From the NCBI GenBank assembly GCA_963422395.1, contig OY729431.1, positions 160,001 through 224,000 of the forward strand: a DNA stretch of 64,000 nucleotides, written 5' to 3'. This document shows, piece after piece, positions 61,392 to 64,000 of this stretch. The first letter of the stretch is position 1. Each line of letters opens with the position of its first letter. The translations under genes and the position numbers were made by a program. The notes beneath the pieces are model-generated. The model searched no databases. It was not told where the DNA came from and worked only from the letters and a program-made list of their open reading frames with translations. This stretch comes from Vicinamibacteria bacterium (GTDB taxonomy: Bacteria > Acidobacteriota > Vicinamibacteria > Marinacidobacterales > Marinacidobacteraceae).

Positions 61392-64000
61392 TGCCCGGCC
61401 TCGTGGAGATCCCCCGAATCCGCCGTCCGGTGGTGGCCGCGCTCATGCGGCGCGACCTCCGCATGTATTTCTCGAATCCGTCGGGCTATGTGTTCCTGAC
61501 GCTGTTCATCCTGCTGAGCGCGGCCGCCGCCTTCTGGCAGGACCGCTTCTTCCTGAACAACCTGGCGAATCTGGATCAGCTGAACGGACTCTTCCCGTAC
61601 CTCCTGGTGTTCTTCATCCCGGCGCTCACGATGTCGGTCTGGGCCGAAGAGAAGAAGCTCGGAACCGACGAACTGCTGCTCACCCTTCCCGCCAGCGATG
61701 TGGAGATCGTGCTGGGCAAGTACGCCGCGGTTCTCGGGGTGTACGGAGCGGCTCTCGCACTGTCCCTCAGCCACGCGCTGGTGCTGATGTTCCTCGGCAA
61801 CCCGGACCTGGGCCTGCTGTTCGCGAACTACCTCGGCTACGCGCTCCTCGGCGCCGCGCTCGCCGCCGTCGGCATGGCGGCGTCGCTCCTGACCCCGATC
61901 CCGACGGTGGCCTTCATCCTCGGCGCGTTGGCCTCCGTGGTCCTGGTGCTGCCCGAGGCCCTGCTCGGCAGCTTCAGCCCCGCGCTCGCGCGGCTTGCGG
62001 CCCCGGTGTCCGCGATCGTCCACTTCGAGGAGTTCGGCCGAGGGGTGCTGCCGCTGACCTCGATCCTCTACTTCGCGGCTCTCGCCGGGTTCTTCCTCTA
62101 TCTGAATGTGCTGCTGATCGGCCGCCGGCACTGGCCGCCTGTTGCCGACGGTTACCGGATGACCACCCACCACGCGGTCCGCGCGGTTTCGGTGGCGCTC
62201 GCGCTGCTGAGCGCGATCGTGCTCGTTTCCCGGCTCGGCCTGCGCCTCGACGCGACCGCCGAGCGCCTCCACTCACTTTCTGCCGAGACCCGCGAGCTCC
62301 TGCGGGGGCTGCCCGCTGACCGGCCGGTGTTCGTACAGGCGTTCCTGAGCCCCGAGGTTCCCGAGCCGCTCGTCCAAACCCGGGCTACGCTGGTGAGCGT
62401 CCTCCGCGAGATGGAATCGGTGAGCGGGGGGCGGGTGCAGGTTCTCCTCGAGGACACCGAGCCGTTCACCGAGGCGGCGCGCGAGGCCCGAGAGAAGTTC
62501 GGGATCGTCGCCCGGCAGATTCCGAGCGTGACCTCGGCCCGCACCGGGGTCAGCGAGGTCTTCATGGGGGTCGCCTTCACCTGCGCCGCCGAGGAGCAGG
62601 TCGTCCCCTTCTTCGACCGCGGCCTTCCGGTCGAATACGAGCTGGCGCGCAGCATCCGGGTGGTGGCCGACACCGAGAAACGGCGGATCGGAGTGATCTC
62701 GAAGGAGATCCGCATCTTCGGCGGCCTCGACTTCCAGACCATGCGCTCCACTCCCGAGTGGTCGGTGGTGGACGAACTGCGGAAGCAGTACGAAGTGGTC
62801 CAGATCCAGCCCAATTCGAGGATCACCGAGGAAGTGGACGGCCTGCTCGTGGTGCTGCCCTCGACGCTCGCCGAAGACGAAATGGCGAATGTCACCGATT
62901 TCCTCCGGACCGGCGTTCCCGGGCTCCTGCTCGTGGATCCGCTGCCGGTAGTCGACCTCGGCCTCGCGCCCTCGGAGCCCCCCGGTGCGGCACAGAACCC
63001 GTTCATGCGGCAGGGGCAGCCGCCGCCCTCGCCGAAGGGCGATGTGCAGTCCTTCCTCGCCGGCCTCGGGATCTCCTGGGATCCCGGCGGGATCGTCTGG
63101 GACGCCTACAACCCCCATCCCGATCTCGGCCACCTTCCGCCGGAGGTCGTCTTCCTGGGTGAGGGGAACGGCAATCCGGAGGTCTTCGCCGCCTCTTCGC
63201 CGGTGAGCGCCGGGCTCCAGCAGGTTGTACTGATCTATCCGGGCTATTTCGAGCCGCTCGCCGGATCCACCGCAGAGTTCGAGCCCCTGCTGACGACCGG
63301 TGAGATCTCCGGCGCCTTCCCCTATTTCCAGATGGTGCAGCGGAACTTCCTCGGCTCCCAGTTGAATCCCAACCTTCCGCACCGGCCGGACCCGATGACC
63401 TATGCGGTGGCTGCCGAAGCCCGCACTTTCCGTCCGCAGGATGCGGGCGCGGAGGCAGAGGGGGAAGGCGCTCCCGACCCGGCGGACGGTGAAGCGGACA
63501 GCACCCGCGTCATCGCGATCGCCGATCTCGACTTCATTTCCGAACAGTTCTTCGAACTGCGCCGGATCGGGCCGCCGAATTTGAACTTCGACAATGTGTC
63601 CTTCTTCCTGAACGCGATGGATGTTCTCATCGGGGACGCCTCCTTCGTGGCGCTGCGGAACCGAAGGGTGCGGCACCGGACTCTCGAGGCGGTGGAATCG
63701 CGGGTCCGGGCTTTCACCGAGCAGCGCGCGATCGGGGAGGACGAAGCCGAAGAGAGCGCCCGGGAGGCCCTGCGTCAGGCGCAGGAGCGGCTCGACCGCC
63801 GGGTCGCCGCGGTGCAGGAGCGCGACGATCTCGACGCCCAGGCGAAACAGATCATGGCGCGAAATCTCGAGGAGGTGGAGAACCGCCGGTTCACCGTCCT
63901 CGAAGCGAATATCAATGCCGAAAAGGACATCCAGATCCGGGCCAGCGAGGAACGGATGGAGTCCCAGATCCGCCGCATCCAGAGCGGCATCCGCACTGCC
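61391..64000 (+). CDS. ABC-2 permease fused to a GldG-family domain, 3'-truncated by the window edge (not in the ORF track)
   Basis: TGATG overlap; RRDLRMYFSNPSGYVF, PALTMSVWAEEKKLGTDELLLTLP, RLDATAERLHSLSAETRELL, VEYELARSI, VIAIADLDF. Confidence 0.9.
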   Translation, partial: MPGLVEIPRIRRPVVAALMRRDLRMYFSNPSGYVFLTLFILLSAAAAFWQDRFFLNNLANLDQLNGLFPYLLVFFIPALTMSVWAEEKKLGTDELLLTLPASDVEIVLGKYAAVLGVYGAALALSLSHALVLMFLGNPDLGLLFANYLGYALLGAALAAVGMAASLLTPIPTVAFILGALASVVLVLPEALLGSFSPALARLAAPVSAIVHFEEFGRGVLPLTSILYFAALAGFFLYLNVLLIGRRHWPPVADGYRMTTHHAVRAVSVALALLSAIVLVSRLGLRLDATAERLHSLSAETRELLRGLPADRPVFVQAFLSPEVPEPLVQTRATLVSVLREMESVSGGRVQVLLEDTEPFTEAAREAREKFGIVARQIPSVTSARTGVSEVFMGVAFTCAAEEQVVPFFDRGLPVEYELARSIRVVADTEKRRIGVISKEIRIFGGLDFQTMRSTPEWSVVDELRKQYEVVQIQPNSRITEEVDGLLVVLPSTLAEDEMANVTDFLRTGVPGLLLVDPLPVVDLGLAPSEPPGAAQNPFMRQGQPPPSPKGDVQSFLAGLGISWDPGGIVWDAYNPHPDLGHLPPEVVFLGEGNGNPEVFAASSPVSAGLQQVVLIYPGYFEPLAGSTAEFEPLLTTGEISGAFPYFQMVQRNFLGSQLNPNLPHRPDPMTYAVAAEARTFRPQDAGAEAEGEGAPDPADGEADSTRVIAIADLDFISEQFFELRRIGPPNLNFDNVSFFLNAMDVLIGDASFVALRNRRVRHRTLEAVESRVRAFTEQRAIGEDEAEESAREALRQAQERLDRRVAAVQERDDLDAQAKQIMARNLEEVENRRFTVLEANINAEKDIQIRASEERMESQIRRIQSGIRTA

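Overview
High-GC (about 70% by eye) bacterial chromosome segment in three parts. (1) 1-21572, host genes: 3' part of mfd, two SurA/PpiC-type PPIases, moaA, a double-FKBP lipoprotein, D-aminoacylase, trxA, a CDF transporter, a PD40/CehA-McbA metallohydrolase, a GSDH-cytochrome c fusion, a QhpG/halogenase-like flavoprotein, a TolC-MFP-RND efflux operon and tRNA-Ser(GGA). (2) About 21575-53990, a 32.4-kb temperate siphovirus-like prophage inserted at the 3' end of tRNA-Ser. It has a P4-type integrase with three tandem arm-binding domains, att ends marked by inverted rather than direct repeats, a Prim-Pol/DUF3631 replication gene, a triple winged-helix protein and an iteron-rich origin-like region. 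Its HK97-type head, tail and lysis genes are nearly all present but extensively shuffled over both strands, with tightly coupled new junctions. I see no recognisable small terminase or CI-type repressor. (3) 53991-64000, host genes resume: dnaX-ybaB-recR, tRNA-Asn(GTT), a porin, a VOC protein, a beta-propeller di-heme cytochrome and a GldA/GldF-GldG-type ABC system that runs off the end. Across the whole window the tetramer ACGT is almost absent. All protein calls come from motif recognition by eye, with no database searches.
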